Source: Oligoflexales bacterium (GTDB lineage Bacteria > Bdellovibrionota_B > Oligoflexia > Oligoflexales > Bog-1112). From it: a DNA stretch of 56,220 nt. The notes beneath the pieces are model-generated. The model was not told the DNA's origin, made no database searches, and was given only the letters and a program-made list of their open reading frames with translations. The stretch lies in assembly GCA_013215275.1 (NCBI GenBank), contig JABSRF010000003.1, positions 1-56,220 of the forward strand, in the 5' to 3' direction. Position 1 is the first letter of the stretch. The number at the start of each line of letters is the position of its first letter. A program made the position numbers and the translations under genes. Positions 40,353-50,320 of this stretch are shown one piece after another.

Positions 40353-41657
40353 TTATTCGCAGACTTCGGGAATTTTTGCAGACTCCCCTCCACCCTTTAT
40401 AATATCGAAAGAAGCACAAACCTCACTTGCTTGGTCTTCCGAAAAATCATTGGGATTTACCTTAGATATTGCACCACCTATCACCTCAGTCATTTTTTTA
40501 GTCAAGTCACCTTTAGCAGCCCTTGCTTGCTCCTGGGTGCCTTCGAAACCCGAAGTTGTTTCTCTTATTTGTCTAATTTTTTCAATGGATTTATTAATGG
40601 ACTCAGTCATTTTTTTTGGGAGGCCAGGTAGCCGACTAAAAGCAAAACTGACTGACATGAGGTCATTAATCATAGCGATTAGCTGGGTTTCAGGGTGTTC
40701 GGGGCTGCAAAAGCCAGTAATCTGCAGCACTCGATCAATCGTAACCGCAAGGCTCTCAATCGCAGTGATCAGTCCGCTCAGGTCAGCTAGAGATTCAAAG
40801 TTGATGCTTTCTAGTTGCTGGACTCGCAGCTCTAGATTGCTCTTGCTCCGGCCAGTGGTATTGTAATTCATCACCGAATAGAACGCGATTGCTTCCGTGA
40901 GGTGGGCAAAGGCCCACAAGATATGAGATTCTGCCCTTCTTGTTCGGTTTTTTGCAGACTTACACCGGTGCCTGGCATCTTCTGGAAGCCTAGCCTCAAC
41001 ATCGACAAACCGGCAAATCGTGCTGACCGCTTTATTCATATAGACCAGCTTCTCAACTGCCTGACGGGCAATCCCAGCACATGCTGGCTCTATCACAGGC
41101 AAGCTTGGCACATCATTATTCACTGTGCCCATGAGGTTAAACTCTGCTGGGCTTAGGCCTATGATCCCATCGAGTCCTGCAAGAGCATCCCCAGCACCTG
41201 AGCCTTTTTCGTCCTCGGTATTTTCTTCATCACCAGCAGAGTCGTCGCCTTCATCACCACTATTGTCTTCTTCTACCTCCTCCTCAACCTCGGTCTCATC
41301 CTCCTCCCCTTCTTCGAGTTCCTCCTCTGTAGGCTCCTCATCTTCATTCAACTTACTAGCAAGCCCAAAAATGGTGATGCCTGCTTTCGCTAAGTAAACA
41401 TAGCCCAGCAACACTGCAGCAGCTTCTGAGTCGGGGTTTAAACCAACTGCTAGCTCTGCATGCTCCAATGCAGCATCAAAATCGCCTTGATGATAATAGG
41501 CTTGACCAATCGCAACCTGCGCATCATAGGCCTGTAAGTGCCCACTTGGAACCGTCAGTCCCAAGATGTTTGTGTCACCGTTGCATGAAGCTAAGAAGAA
41601 AGAGATGCAGCAAACAAAATACACCCCCTCAGCAAATGGATATTTCATGATTTTCAC
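40353..41657 (-). CDS. lipoprotein with an N-terminal TPR-like segment and a highly acidic stretch
   Basis: 434 aa with lipobox FFLASC and TPR-like sequence (AIGQAYYHQGDFDAALEHAELAVGLNPDSEAA). A roughly 50-aa D/E run follows (EDEEPTEEELEEGEEDETEVEEEVEEDNSGDEGDD). It is the first gene of the ABC operon. Confidence 0.65.
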   Translation of the reverse strand: MKIMKYPFAEGVYFVCCISFFLASCNGDTNILGLTVPSGHLQAYDAQVAIGQAYYHQGDFDAALEHAELAVGLNPDSEAAAVLLGYVYLAKAGITIFGLASKLNEDEEPTEEELEEGEEDETEVEEEVEEDNSGDEGDDSAGDEENTEDEKGSGAGDALAGLDGIIGLSPAEFNLMGTVNNDVPSLPVIEPACAGIARQAVEKLVYMNKAVSTICRFVDVEARLPEDARHRCKSAKNRTRRAESHILWAFAHLTEAIAFYSVMNYNTTGRSKSNLELRVQQLESINFESLADLSGLITAIESLAVTIDRVLQITGFCSPEHPETQLIAMINDLMSVSFAFSRLPGLPKKMTESINKSIEKIRQIRETTSGFEGTQEQARAAKGDLTKKMTEVIGGAISKVNPNDFSEDQASEVCASFDIIKGGGESAKIPEVCE

Positions 41658-42019
41658 ACCTGGTCATAGGGGAAAAAAGAATTTGAACTTTTGTTTTTCG
41701 TTTGAGTGTCAGTTTTCATAAATATTATAACTCTAAAAAATGGCCAAATTTCCCGCGGTTGCAAAAAAATAAGGCCTTTTACTTTTTTGGTTCCTTTCTA
41801 ATATAATTGATAATATACCTATTCTGTGTATTGAGCGCTTAAATATTAGATTCTTAGGTCCTATGGCCCAGAATTTAATAGGTCCAAATTCTTCTACTAA
41901 GCCCAAGAACTTGTTACAATGAAGACAGGTTAACAAGTCAATCTTATGAGGGAAACCTCGTTAATAGATAGCAGATAAGGTTCTCGCAACATAAGTTGCA
42001 GAGTAAAGGAGTGGTATCA

Positions 42020-42346
42020 ATGACCCTAACAAAAGATGTTTTAGTAGAGTTAATCCGTGACAAGGTGGGTTACCCTGTTAAAGAAGCCAAAGAAATCTTG
42101 GAAATGATTTTAGAAGAGGTCAAACTCAAGCTAGAAGAAGGCCAAGATGTAAAGATTTCTGGATTCGGAAAATGGGCAGTTAAAGAAAAAAGATCTCGCC
42201 CGGGAAGAAATCCTCACACCGGAAAACGGATTGAAATTTCTGCTCGTAGGGTTGTGACCTTTCACCCTTCAGACAAGCTAAGAGAATCAGTTAACGCTAG
42301 CTGGTCAAGGGCTGCCGAAACTCAAGAAGCAGCTTCAGATAAATAA
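42020..42346 (+). CDS. ihfA: integration host factor alpha-like (IHF/HU family) DNA-binding protein
   Basis: 108 aa from the ATG at 42020 (AAGGAG SD). KISGFGKWAVKEKRSRPGRNPHTGKRIEISARRVVTFHPSDKL matches the IHF-alpha arm region. Confidence 0.8.
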   Translation: MTLTKDVLVELIRDKVGYPVKEAKEILEMILEEVKLKLEEGQDVKISGFGKWAVKEKRSRPGRNPHTGKRIEISARRVVTFHPSDKLRESVNASWSRAAETQEAASDK

Positions 42347-42362
42347 AATTAGCTGCTTTTTC
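42327..42362 (+). terminator. possible intrinsic terminator after ihfA
   Basis: GAAGCAGCT...AGCTGCTT forms a stem with a 15-16 nt loop that spans the stop codon. It is followed by TTTTTC. Confidence 0.45.
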
Positions 42363-42577
42363 AGATTCAGTTTCTGCTAGGGATTTATTTCCCTTGACTT
42401 GCCTACTGCTATACCTTTAATGACACTCCTAAATGGATTGAGTAAGCCTGACCGTGGCTTTTTTAATTCAATTTACCTAAGGAGTTGCTTACTCCTACCT
42501 TCTTTTTACTGCACGTCCTATAATGCCTTCGGCAGCAAGCGCTAATCACCATGCAATGCAAAGGAGTATGTAAGCAC

Positions 42578-43162
42578 ATGCGTTTGGATAAGATTTACAC
42601 AAAAGTTGGAGACAAAGGCTCAACCTTACTTGCCACTGGACAAAAGGTTCCTAAGTCAAGCTTAAGAATAGAGTCTTATGGCACCGTGGATGAGCTTAAT
42701 GCTCAGCTCGGGATGCTTCGGGACAAGACCCTTGAGGAGGCCCCAAACAAGCCTGCACTCAAGCATATTGCCGACAAACTCTTCGTGATCCAAAACGAAT
42801 TATTTGATATGGGAGCCGAACTTGCGAGCGTGGACACCTCACAGACCTTAAGCAACCCTTGTCATATAAGTTTGACAAGCATTGAAAGACTCGAGCAAGA
42901 GATGGACGAGGCTAACGCAGAACTAGCACCTTTAAAAAACTTTGTCCTTCCGGGTGGTCATCCCCTGAACTCCCAAGCCCATATTTGTCGTTGTATATGC
43001 CGAAGAGCAGAGAGAGACACAGTGAGGCTGCACGAAGAGGAGCCAATCAGAAGTGAGGTACGCGTCTACCTAAACCGTCTAAGCGACTGGTTGTTCATTA
43101 TGAGCCGGTGCATCAGCAAAGAGTTATCCGTATCGGAAGTTTTATGGCAGCAAAAACGCTGA
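42578..43162 (+). CDS. PduO-type ATP:cob(I)alamin adenosyltransferase
   Basis: 194 aa from the ATG at 42578. MRLDKIYTKVGDKGSTLL...SYGTVDELNAQLG and LPGGHPLNSQAHICRCICRRAER are typical of the PduO/MMAB family. Confidence 0.85.
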   Translation: MRLDKIYTKVGDKGSTLLATGQKVPKSSLRIESYGTVDELNAQLGMLRDKTLEEAPNKPALKHIADKLFVIQNELFDMGAELASVDTSQTLSNPCHISLTSIERLEQEMDEANAELAPLKNFVLPGGHPLNSQAHICRCICRRAERDTVRLHEEEPIRSEVRVYLNRLSDWLFIMSRCISKELSVSEVLWQQKR

Positions 43163-43205
43163 GCATAAACCACCTCGAAGCTTAACTTAATGAGTCAGTT
43201 AGGGT

Positions 43206-43649
43206 ATGATATCAATTAAGAATCATTACCATATGGTTGTTGGAAGCATGCTATGGATTCGTTACCTTTTCTTGGCATTACCACTCGCACTTGCTTTTCT
43301 ATGGTCATGTAAACCTGCACTTTATGCCCTTGTGGCTAGCATAACTTTTGAACTCAACGAGTACTCTTCATCTGAATGGGAGCAAAATGCCACCCAGTTG
43401 GACTTTGGTCGGAGCATTCAAAAGCATTTTCGCAAGTTCGATATCTATATTCCTTTGGATGACATTATGTACCGGCCGCACAGCCCCACCTATCAAGAGA
43501 AACTATTTTTGCAACTTGATCAGGCCTGTGGTCATGGTAATGTATATGTTTGGGTGCCTCTGTATTTTAGGCTTCCATTGACAGGAAATAAGGCTTTAGA
43601 ATGGTGCTGGATACCACAACTCAAAATCGGGAAAAAATCAGATCAATAA
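43206..43649 (+). CDS. hypothetical protein with an N-terminal hydrophobic signal or anchor
   Basis: 147-aa ORF with a hydrophobic N-terminus (WIRYLFLALPLALAFLWSC). No family recognised. Confidence 0.45.
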   Translation: MISIKNHYHMVVGSMLWIRYLFLALPLALAFLWSCKPALYALVASITFELNEYSSSEWEQNATQLDFGRSIQKHFRKFDIYIPLDDIMYRPHSPTYQEKLFLQLDQACGHGNVYVWVPLYFRLPLTGNKALEWCWIPQLKIGKKSDQ

Positions 43650-43708
43650 AATCTGAGCCAACACGCTTTTCCAACTTTGGAGATATTTCAAGCGTTTCAG
43701 GATCAAAA

Positions 43709-44416
43709 ATGATTGATCCCATGGAGCACTTGAAACGCACACCCGACGCATCTGTATCAGACATGATTGAGGGAATCATTCATTGGACTCAGAGCAAATA
43801 CGGAACTGAAGAGTTCATCAGTGCTAAGACAGAATTCCATGCACTGACTGGGAGGGTGTTTCCCGACGAGCCTTTCTACCATCAGCGGATGTCTTACTTT
43901 TTAGATTTTTTTACCTTTCAAAGACCAATCCAAGGAATGCTTAGGGAAAACGACGGAGGGTTTACCCCGTTTTCACATTTTCTTGACTCTGAGTTTTTTG
44001 GTAAAAGTAAAAAGTTTTCAGCACTCAAAGAACGATTTATTGACCTTGGAAACTTCAAGTACTCTCTATTTATGATTCTTAAAGTCAACAAAAATAAAAT
44101 GATTCTTAGGGATCTATTTGACAAAGAAAAGATTGAGTTTGGCAAAAACCACCACTTTATCTTCAATGGTTTTTCCTATGGTGCTATCTTTCAAGGCTTT
44201 ATATTCCATTTAGCTTCAGCTCCACAAATTTCCAGGGGGGTTATCCTCCACCCTCCCAATGTTTCTAGAATCATAAGGAAATCTATCAGACAATTAAAGA
44301 AAGACCAAAACCCCGACAAACTTAAGCTTATGTCTCGACTCGCAAAGCAGCACCTTAACTTTGTCAGACAAAGGTTTGGAGACAGTAAGAAAATTTACTC
44401 ACAAGTTCCAAGATAA
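43709..44416 (+). CDS. hypothetical protein
   Basis: The ORF is open from 43601. I favour the ATG at 43709 (AGGA SD, no overlap with the previous ORF). The C-terminus is basic. No family recognised. Confidence 0.5.
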   Translation: MIDPMEHLKRTPDASVSDMIEGIIHWTQSKYGTEEFISAKTEFHALTGRVFPDEPFYHQRMSYFLDFFTFQRPIQGMLRENDGGFTPFSHFLDSEFFGKSKKFSALKERFIDLGNFKYSLFMILKVNKNKMILRDLFDKEKIEFGKNHHFIFNGFSYGAIFQGFIFHLASAPQISRGVILHPPNVSRIIRKSIRQLKKDQNPDKLKLMSRLAKQHLNFVRQRFGDSKKIYSQVPR

Positions 44417-44588
44417 ACCTCCGCAAGTCATACCCAAGACCAGTCATCCAAAGACTTTTAGAGCCAGCGTCTTCGATCTCTAAGCTAGTTCTGGTGCTAA
44501 CCCGCTCCTTTAGCCATTAAATTTTTCCAAGTATTTTCCGATTGTAAGCCAAGCGACGAATAGTATCACGACTCCCATTTTTGCAAAA

Positions 44589-46325
44589 ATGCAAAAGGGA
44601 CACATAAAGGCACCTGTTTCAATGGCAAACCTGCAGGCGATGTTGGAAAAAGAAGCGAATTTTTCTGCTGAGCAGTACAAACAGGCAACCAGCAATGCCC
44701 AAAAAGATGGCATATCGATTATGTATGCGATCGAAGAAATGAACGTGATCAAAGAAAGCCTTGTCTTAGATATTTTTTCTCGATTTTTTAAGATTCCCAA
44801 GGTCCAACTAGGCAAAATGGACATCCCCAAGTCCATCATAGAGTTGATTCCGAAAGATGTTGCTACCAAGTTTCGAGTTATTCCAATTGATCGGGTAGGC
44901 AATAATATCATCGTTGCAATGGGTGACCCTCGCAACTTAAAAGCTATTGATGCCATTCGTTTCAAAGCTGGGTATTTCGCAAAACCAGTCTTAGCATCTG
45001 AACTAAAGATTACGGATGCGATCAAAAAATACTACTCCAATATGAAGATGGACTTAACCGGCTTCAACTCTCCAGATACGGTTATAAAAAAGGCTTCAAC
45101 TGCTGGACGTAGGGTGATTGGCGCAGGCATATCTGACAAAGACGACGGGCCTATCATCAAGCTGGTTAACGACATTATTCTTCAGTGTGTTTCGAGGGGG
45201 GCTTCGGATATTCATATTGAGGTTTATGAAGAATATATGCGGATTCGTTTACGAATCGACGGATCTTTGTTTGAAATCGCTCGCCCTCCGGTCAACATGA
45301 AAGGCCCGTTAATTTCTCGAATAAAAATCATGTCAGGGCTAAACATTGCTGAAACTCGCCTACCTCAAGACGGAGCTATCAACATTCAGATTGGGGATAA
45401 ACCAGTAGATTTTCGTGTCAACACACTTCCAACCTCGTATGGTGAAAAGATTGTTATGCGAATTCTCGACAAATCCAACTTGCAGGTTGATATGCGTCAG
45501 CTTGGGTTTGAGTCTGATCAGCTCAAAGGCTTTAAAGACTCCATCAACAACCCTAATGGTATGGTTCTGGTAACAGGACCCACAGGATCAGGTAAAACCA
45601 CAACCCTTTATTCTGCACTGCAAGAGCTTAACCGGGAAGAGTTCAATATTATGACTGCGGAAGATCCAGTGGAATACAACCTTCCTGGAATCAACCAGGT
45701 GCAGATGAAATCTGAAATTGGATTAGACTTCGCAGCAGCATTAAGGGCCTTTCTCAGGCAAGACCCTGACATCATCATGGTTGGTGAGATACGTGATTTA
45801 GAAACAGCAGAGATTGCTATGAAAGCATCGTTAACAGGGCACATGGTTTTGTCCACACTCCACACCAACAGTGCCTCTGACACCGTATCACGTCTATTAA
45901 ATATGGGCGTTGCTGCATTTAACCTTGTGGCTGCGTTGAACTGTGTTACCGCTCAGAGGTTATTAAAAAAGATCTGTACTAGATGCAAAGTCCCAGACCC
46001 TGAGGTGACTCCAGAGGTCCTCGTAGGCTTAGGCATTCACCCATCTTATGTTGACAAAATTCAGGTCATGAAGGGCAGAGGCTGCTCTTCTTGTGGTCAG
46101 ACAGGGAGCAAGGGAAGGATAGCAGTCCACGAAGTACTCCTTATGAACGAAGCTGTAAAACGAAGTATTCTCAAAGGTGATCCTGCTATTGATATAAAAA
46201 AGGTTGCAATGTCAACAGGCATGCGAACACTCAGACAGTCTGCATTGACTAAAATGGCAAACGGAATCGTCACCGCACAGGAAGTTATCAAAGCAACCTC
46301 AGCAGATACTGATGGAACCACTTAG
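44589..46325 (+). CDS. pilB: type IV pilus assembly ATPase PilB (GspE family)
   Basis: 578 aa with an N-terminal GSPII_E-like domain and Walker A GPTGSGKTTT. Asp and His boxes and a tetracysteine motif (CTRC...CSSC) are present. An alternative ATG lies at 44622. Confidence 0.9.
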   Translation: MQKGHIKAPVSMANLQAMLEKEANFSAEQYKQATSNAQKDGISIMYAIEEMNVIKESLVLDIFSRFFKIPKVQLGKMDIPKSIIELIPKDVATKFRVIPIDRVGNNIIVAMGDPRNLKAIDAIRFKAGYFAKPVLASELKITDAIKKYYSNMKMDLTGFNSPDTVIKKASTAGRRVIGAGISDKDDGPIIKLVNDIILQCVSRGASDIHIEVYEEYMRIRLRIDGSLFEIARPPVNMKGPLISRIKIMSGLNIAETRLPQDGAINIQIGDKPVDFRVNTLPTSYGEKIVMRILDKSNLQVDMRQLGFESDQLKGFKDSINNPNGMVLVTGPTGSGKTTTLYSALQELNREEFNIMTAEDPVEYNLPGINQVQMKSEIGLDFAAALRAFLRQDPDIIMVGEIRDLETAEIAMKASLTGHMVLSTLHTNSASDTVSRLLNMGVAAFNLVAALNCVTAQRLLKKICTRCKVPDPEVTPEVLVGLGIHPSYVDKIQVMKGRGCSSCGQTGSKGRIAVHEVLLMNEAVKRSILKGDPAIDIKKVAMSTGMRTLRQSALTKMANGIVTAQEVIKATSADTDGTT

Positions 46326-46333
46326 GAGTTGGT

Positions 46334-47458
46334 ATGAGCACACGGTCAACGGAACTGAATTATTCCTTACCTCAGCTGCTAAAAGCATTGCTAGACCAGA
46401 ATGGGAGTGATCTTCATATCACCTCGAATTCGCCTCCAAGGCTTCGTATTAACGGTCTGCTGTTACCACTCGACCTGCCTCCATTGACTGGAGATCAAAC
46501 GATGCTCCTATGTTATTCCATTCTGACTGAGGAGCAAAAAAAGAATTTCGAAGGCAATAAGGAGATAGACCTTTCTTTTAGTATTAAAGGCTTGTGTCGC
46601 TTTCGTGCAAATATTTTTCATCAAAGAGGAACGATAGGAGGCGTTTTTCGTGTTATCCCTACTCGTATCCCTGAGATCAAAGAACTTGGCTTACCCCAGC
46701 ATGTTGAGGACTTTTGCAAAATACCGAGAGGCCTCGTGCTTGTAACCGGACCAACAGGATCCGGTAAATCGACGACCCTAGCCTCTATGGTCGACAATAT
46801 TAACAATCGTTACCAGAAGCACATTGTGACCATCGAAGATCCTATTGAATTCATGCACGCTAACAAGCACTCGATCGTTAACCAAAGAGAGTTAGGTAGC
46901 GACACCGATGGTTTCTCAAAGGCTCTAAAAAGCTGCCTTAGACAAGATCCAGATGTTGTCTTGGTGGGAGAGTTAAGGGATTTAGAAACCATTGCCCTTG
47001 CAATCACCACAGCTGAAACAGGGCACTTGGTTTTTGGAACCCTTCACACCAACTCATGCGTTTCCAGCATCAACCGAATTGTCGATGCATTCCCTTCACA
47101 CCAGCAAGCCCAGGTTAGGACTCAGCTATCCTTTACCCTCATGGGGGTAATGTCTCAGTTACTGATTCCCTCTCTCGATGGCAGGCGAGTTGCTTGCATT
47201 GAAATGATGGTGCCAAATGCTGCCATACGCAACTTAATCAGGGACAACAAAATCCATCAAATCTATTCAGCCATGCAGATTGGACAAGAAAGCTCGCACA
47301 TGCGCACCATGAACCAAGCCTTATTGGATCTCGTCACCATTCGCAAAATTAATGAAAAAACAGCCCTTGGCATTGCCCAAGATCCGATAGAAATGGCCGA
47401 GCTGCTGAATAAGCACTATGGAAGAGTAGGAACTAGCGGCAACAAACCACGGAGATAG
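46334..47458 (+). CDS. pilT: twitching-motility (pilus retraction) ATPase PilT
   Basis: 374 aa (SDLHITSNSPPRLRINGLL, GPTGSGKSTTLASM, GHLVFGTLHTNS, AIRNLIRDNKIHQI). Confidence 0.9.
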   Translation: MSTRSTELNYSLPQLLKALLDQNGSDLHITSNSPPRLRINGLLLPLDLPPLTGDQTMLLCYSILTEEQKKNFEGNKEIDLSFSIKGLCRFRANIFHQRGTIGGVFRVIPTRIPEIKELGLPQHVEDFCKIPRGLVLVTGPTGSGKSTTLASMVDNINNRYQKHIVTIEDPIEFMHANKHSIVNQRELGSDTDGFSKALKSCLRQDPDVVLVGELRDLETIALAITTAETGHLVFGTLHTNSCVSSINRIVDAFPSHQQAQVRTQLSFTLMGVMSQLLIPSLDGRRVACIEMMVPNAAIRNLIRDNKIHQIYSAMQIGQESSHMRTMNQALLDLVTIRKINEKTALGIAQDPIEMAELLNKHYGRVGTSGNKPRR

Positions 47459-47467
47459 TGACTCATT

Positions 47468-48742
47468 ATGCCAACCTTCACTTATAAAGCCAAGGATGCA
47501 CGCGGAAGGATGCGCACAGGCACTATCGAAGCCCGCTCAAAGGGAGATGCTAAGGCCCAAATATCCAGACGCCGGCTTCAGGTGGTCTCATTGCGCTTAA
47601 AAGCTGGTAAAGCAGACGACTCCGATGGAGAAGAAACGCCCATCCTCGGTGAGATCATCTTTCGAGATGCTAACGGTGATATTCAAATTGCCCTTGGCAA
47701 CCAAAACCCAACGACGAAAGAGCTCATCGTTTTCACCAAACAGTTTTCCACGATGCTCAATAGTGGGGTTCCCATGATACAGGCACTTGGAATCCTGGCA
47801 AAACAGCAACAATCCCGCGTATTTCGTAAGGCACTGAGGAAGATTCAAAGCATAGTAGAAAATGGCTCCACCCTTTCCGATGCACTTTCAACATTTCCAC
47901 AGATTTTTGATAGCCTCTATGTCGCTATGGTCGAAGCCGGTGAGGCCAGTGGTAACCTCGACACGATTTTAATCAAATTGGTTACCTACATTGAAAAGGC
48001 TGCAAAAATAAAGGGGCAAGTCAAATCTGCCATGATGTACCCAGTGATTGTGGTGGTGGTGGCCATCGGGGTTATTACCGGCCTTTTGGCTTTTGTGGTT
48101 CCAACATTCGCCCAACAATACTCTGACACAGGAAGACAACTTCCAGGCTTAACTCAAATCGTCATCGACTTTTCCAACAACTTTATTGAGAATTGGTACA
48201 TTTATTTTGGCAGCTTATTTGGTGGCATCATCCTATTCAATTTTTGGGTTAAAACGGACAAAGGGCGCAAAGCTTTTGATGCGATGATCTTGAGGGCACC
48301 GGGTTTAGGCATCCTTTTAAAAAAAATAGCAGTGGGACGTTTTTGTTCGACCATGTCTTCCATGCTCACCTCTGGTGTCAACCTCCTTGAGGCCCTCACC
48401 ATTTGTGCGTCATCTGCAGGTAATAAAACCATAGAAGAATTTATCCTGGGCGTGCGCTCTGGACTGGAAAAAGGGAGCTCTTTCTCCGATTCACTGAGTG
48501 AGGGCAATTTGTTTCCCGAAATGGTTATTTCAATGGTCACGGTCGGAGAGTCTACGGGTGCCTTGGATGATATGCTCACCAAGGTCAGTGAGTTTTATGA
48601 GGAGGAGGTTGATCTTGCAGTGCAGACCCTCTTGTCTATGATCGAGCCTATTATGATTGTATTTATTGGTGGCTTGGTTGGATTTATTGTGATCGCCATG
48701 TACCTGCCCGTCTTCGAAATGGCAGGTGGCATTGCCGGCTAA
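47468..48742 (+). CDS. pilC: type IV pilus platform protein PilC (GspF family)
   Basis: 424 aa with two T2SSF repeats and three TM helices (FTKQFSTMLNSGVPMIQAL...; FCSTMSSMLTSGVNLLEAL...). Confidence 0.9.
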   Translation: MPTFTYKAKDARGRMRTGTIEARSKGDAKAQISRRRLQVVSLRLKAGKADDSDGEETPILGEIIFRDANGDIQIALGNQNPTTKELIVFTKQFSTMLNSGVPMIQALGILAKQQQSRVFRKALRKIQSIVENGSTLSDALSTFPQIFDSLYVAMVEAGEASGNLDTILIKLVTYIEKAAKIKGQVKSAMMYPVIVVVVAIGVITGLLAFVVPTFAQQYSDTGRQLPGLTQIVIDFSNNFIENWYIYFGSLFGGIILFNFWVKTDKGRKAFDAMILRAPGLGILLKKIAVGRFCSTMSSMLTSGVNLLEALTICASSAGNKTIEEFILGVRSGLEKGSSFSDSLSEGNLFPEMVISMVTVGESTGALDDMLTKVSEFYEEEVDLAVQTLLSMIEPIMIVFIGGLVGFIVIAMYLPVFEMAGGIAG

Positions 48743-49209
48743 GCCACAAACGCCACATAATAGAAGATCCACCCCGTGACAGCAGTACCAAACATCCCAG
48801 CTACAGACAAGCGACCTAGAAGCTTATGCTTTGGGCTGTAAATGCTTGGCCTAGGAGGCTTCGTAAACTTCTTGATTGCCCCGTAAATGCAAGCAATCCA
48901 CAAGAATACGGTAGAGATGGCAAAGATAAGATGGATCACCAAGGCAGGGTACAGCCAGGTTTGATAGAACGGAGAAAGCTTTGCCGCTTCCTGCCAGTTG
49001 CTAAAGCGCACCTCCAGCTCAAAGCAAACAACCGCCACCAAGAGAATGATGGCTATGGCAAGTTGCCACTTTTTGTGAAAATCGTAGCTTTTTTTGAAGC
49101 GGACCATATAGATTCCGAAGGCTATTGCCGGCAGGACTAAGAGCATAGCCACACAAACGAAATCCATCATAAAGAACGAACGGTCACTAAAGGGCAAAAA
49201 ACCTGGCAT
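48739..49209 (-). CDS. four-TM membrane protein, DUF420-like
   Basis: 156 aa with four hydrophobic helices, 8 nt downstream of guaC. Its stop codon overlaps the pilC stop on the opposite strand (CTAA). The family call is tentative. Confidence 0.55.
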   Translation of the reverse strand: MPGFLPFSDRSFFMMDFVCVAMLLVLPAIAFGIYMVRFKKSYDFHKKWQLAIAIILLVAVVCFELEVRFSNWQEAAKLSPFYQTWLYPALVIHLIFAISTVFLWIACIYGAIKKFTKPPRPSIYSPKHKLLGRLSVAGMFGTAVTGWIFYYVAFVA

Positions 49210-49217
49210 AGTAAGTC

Positions 49218-50270
49218 CTATGAAAAGATTCTATTTTCTTGCTCCCTCACCTGAATGAAGGTTGTCCGCTTAGAAAGCTCTTTCAGTTTGCCAGCACCTA
49301 AATAGGTGCAGGTGGAGCGTACACCCCCCAAGATATCCTTAACCGTAACGGAGACATCACCCCGGTAAGGAACCCGAACCACTTTTCCTTCAGAGGCTCG
49401 ATAGTCAGCAACACCGCCATTATGTTTTTTCATCGCAGCTGCCGAACTCATTCCATAGAATTCCATAAACTGCTGGCCGTTTTCTTCTATTTTTTCACCT
49501 TCACCCTCGTCGTGTCCAGCAAGCATACCACCTAACATCACGAAGTCAGCTCCAGCTCCAAAGGCTTTGGCTATATCCCCCGAGCAGGTACAGCCACCAT
49601 CAGAGATCACGTGCCCCTTCAGACCATGAGCCGCATCAGCACACTCAATAATTGCTGACAACTGAGGATACCCTACCCCTGTTTTTACCCGGGTCGTGCA
49701 CACACTGCCAGGCCCGATACCGACCTTAACAATATCAGCCCCTGCAAGAATCAACTCTTCCACCATCTCACCGGTCACAACATTTCCAGCAATGATGGTT
49801 TTGTCGGGATAGTCTTCTCGCACCTTCTTAACAAACTCAACAAAGTACTCAGTATAACCATTGGCGACATCGATACAGATAAACTGCAAAGAAGGCACTG
49901 CCTTCAATATAAGCTTCATCCTCTCGAAGTCTGCATTGCTAATCCCAGTGCTGACGGTGGTGAAATTCATCGCATCAGCCTCAACCTGGGAGCTATAAGC
50001 TTGCCATTGCTCGACCGTATAGTGCTTGTGAATCGCAACCATCATGCGAAAATCAGTGAGCACCTGCGCCATTGAAAAGGTCCCCACGGAGTCCATATTT
50101 GCAGCGATAATGGGCACACCCGACCATTCGAGGCCGCTGTGCCGAAAAACATAGTCCCGGTCCAAAGACACCTCAGAGCGACTTTTTAAGGTGGACCTTT
50201 TTGGCCTTATTAAAACATCCTTGAAGCCAATTTTTAGTTCAGACTCAATACGCACTACTTGCCTCCTCAT
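49218..50270 (-). CDS. guaC: GMP reductase
   Basis: 350 aa, near-collinear with enterobacterial GuaC ([67 protein letters not shown]). Confidence 0.93.
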   Translation of the reverse strand: MRRQVVRIESELKIGFKDVLIRPKRSTLKSRSEVSLDRDYVFRHSGLEWSGVPIIAANMDSVGTFSMAQVLTDFRMMVAIHKHYTVEQWQAYSSQVEADAMNFTTVSTGISNADFERMKLILKAVPSLQFICIDVANGYTEYFVEFVKKVREDYPDKTIIAGNVVTGEMVEELILAGADIVKVGIGPGSVCTTRVKTGVGYPQLSAIIECADAAHGLKGHVISDGGCTCSGDIAKAFGAGADFVMLGGMLAGHDEGEGEKIEENGQQFMEFYGMSSAAAMKKHNGGVADYRASEGKVVRVPYRGDVSVTVKDILGGVRSTCTYLGAGKLKELSKRTTFIQVREQENRIFS

Positions 50271-50293
50271 CTCGCTCTAAGCATTATCTCATA

Positions 50294-50320
50294 GTCAACA
50301 AAGGCCCAGTTTTTTGGGCC
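50294..50320 (-). terminator. small hairpin with a weak T tract 25 nt upstream of guaC (terminator or 5' stem-loop)
   Basis: Minus strand reads GGCCCA-AAAAAC-TGGGCC followed by TTTGTTGAC. Its function is ambiguous. Confidence 0.3.

Noticed and set aside
41733-41936. A 67-aa minus-strand ORF in the AT-rich region between the ABC operon and ihfA.
   Set aside because: There is no SD. Its composition is dictated by AT-rich promoter DNA, and it lies in a divergent regulatory region.
42347-42577. A cobalamin riboswitch, looked for upstream of the PduO-type adenosyltransferase gene.
   Set aside because: I could find no B12-box-like core or the expected multi-stem architecture. Only two small hairpins (AAGCC-N7-GGCTT followed by a T run, and AGGAGT-N5-ACTCCT) are present, compatible with ihfA termination. 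An Infernal scan would be decisive.
44510-45025. A 171-aa minus-strand ORF overlapping the pilB 5' end.
   Set aside because: It is antisense to the conserved PilB N-terminal domain. Its hydrophobic junk-like sequence has no independent support.
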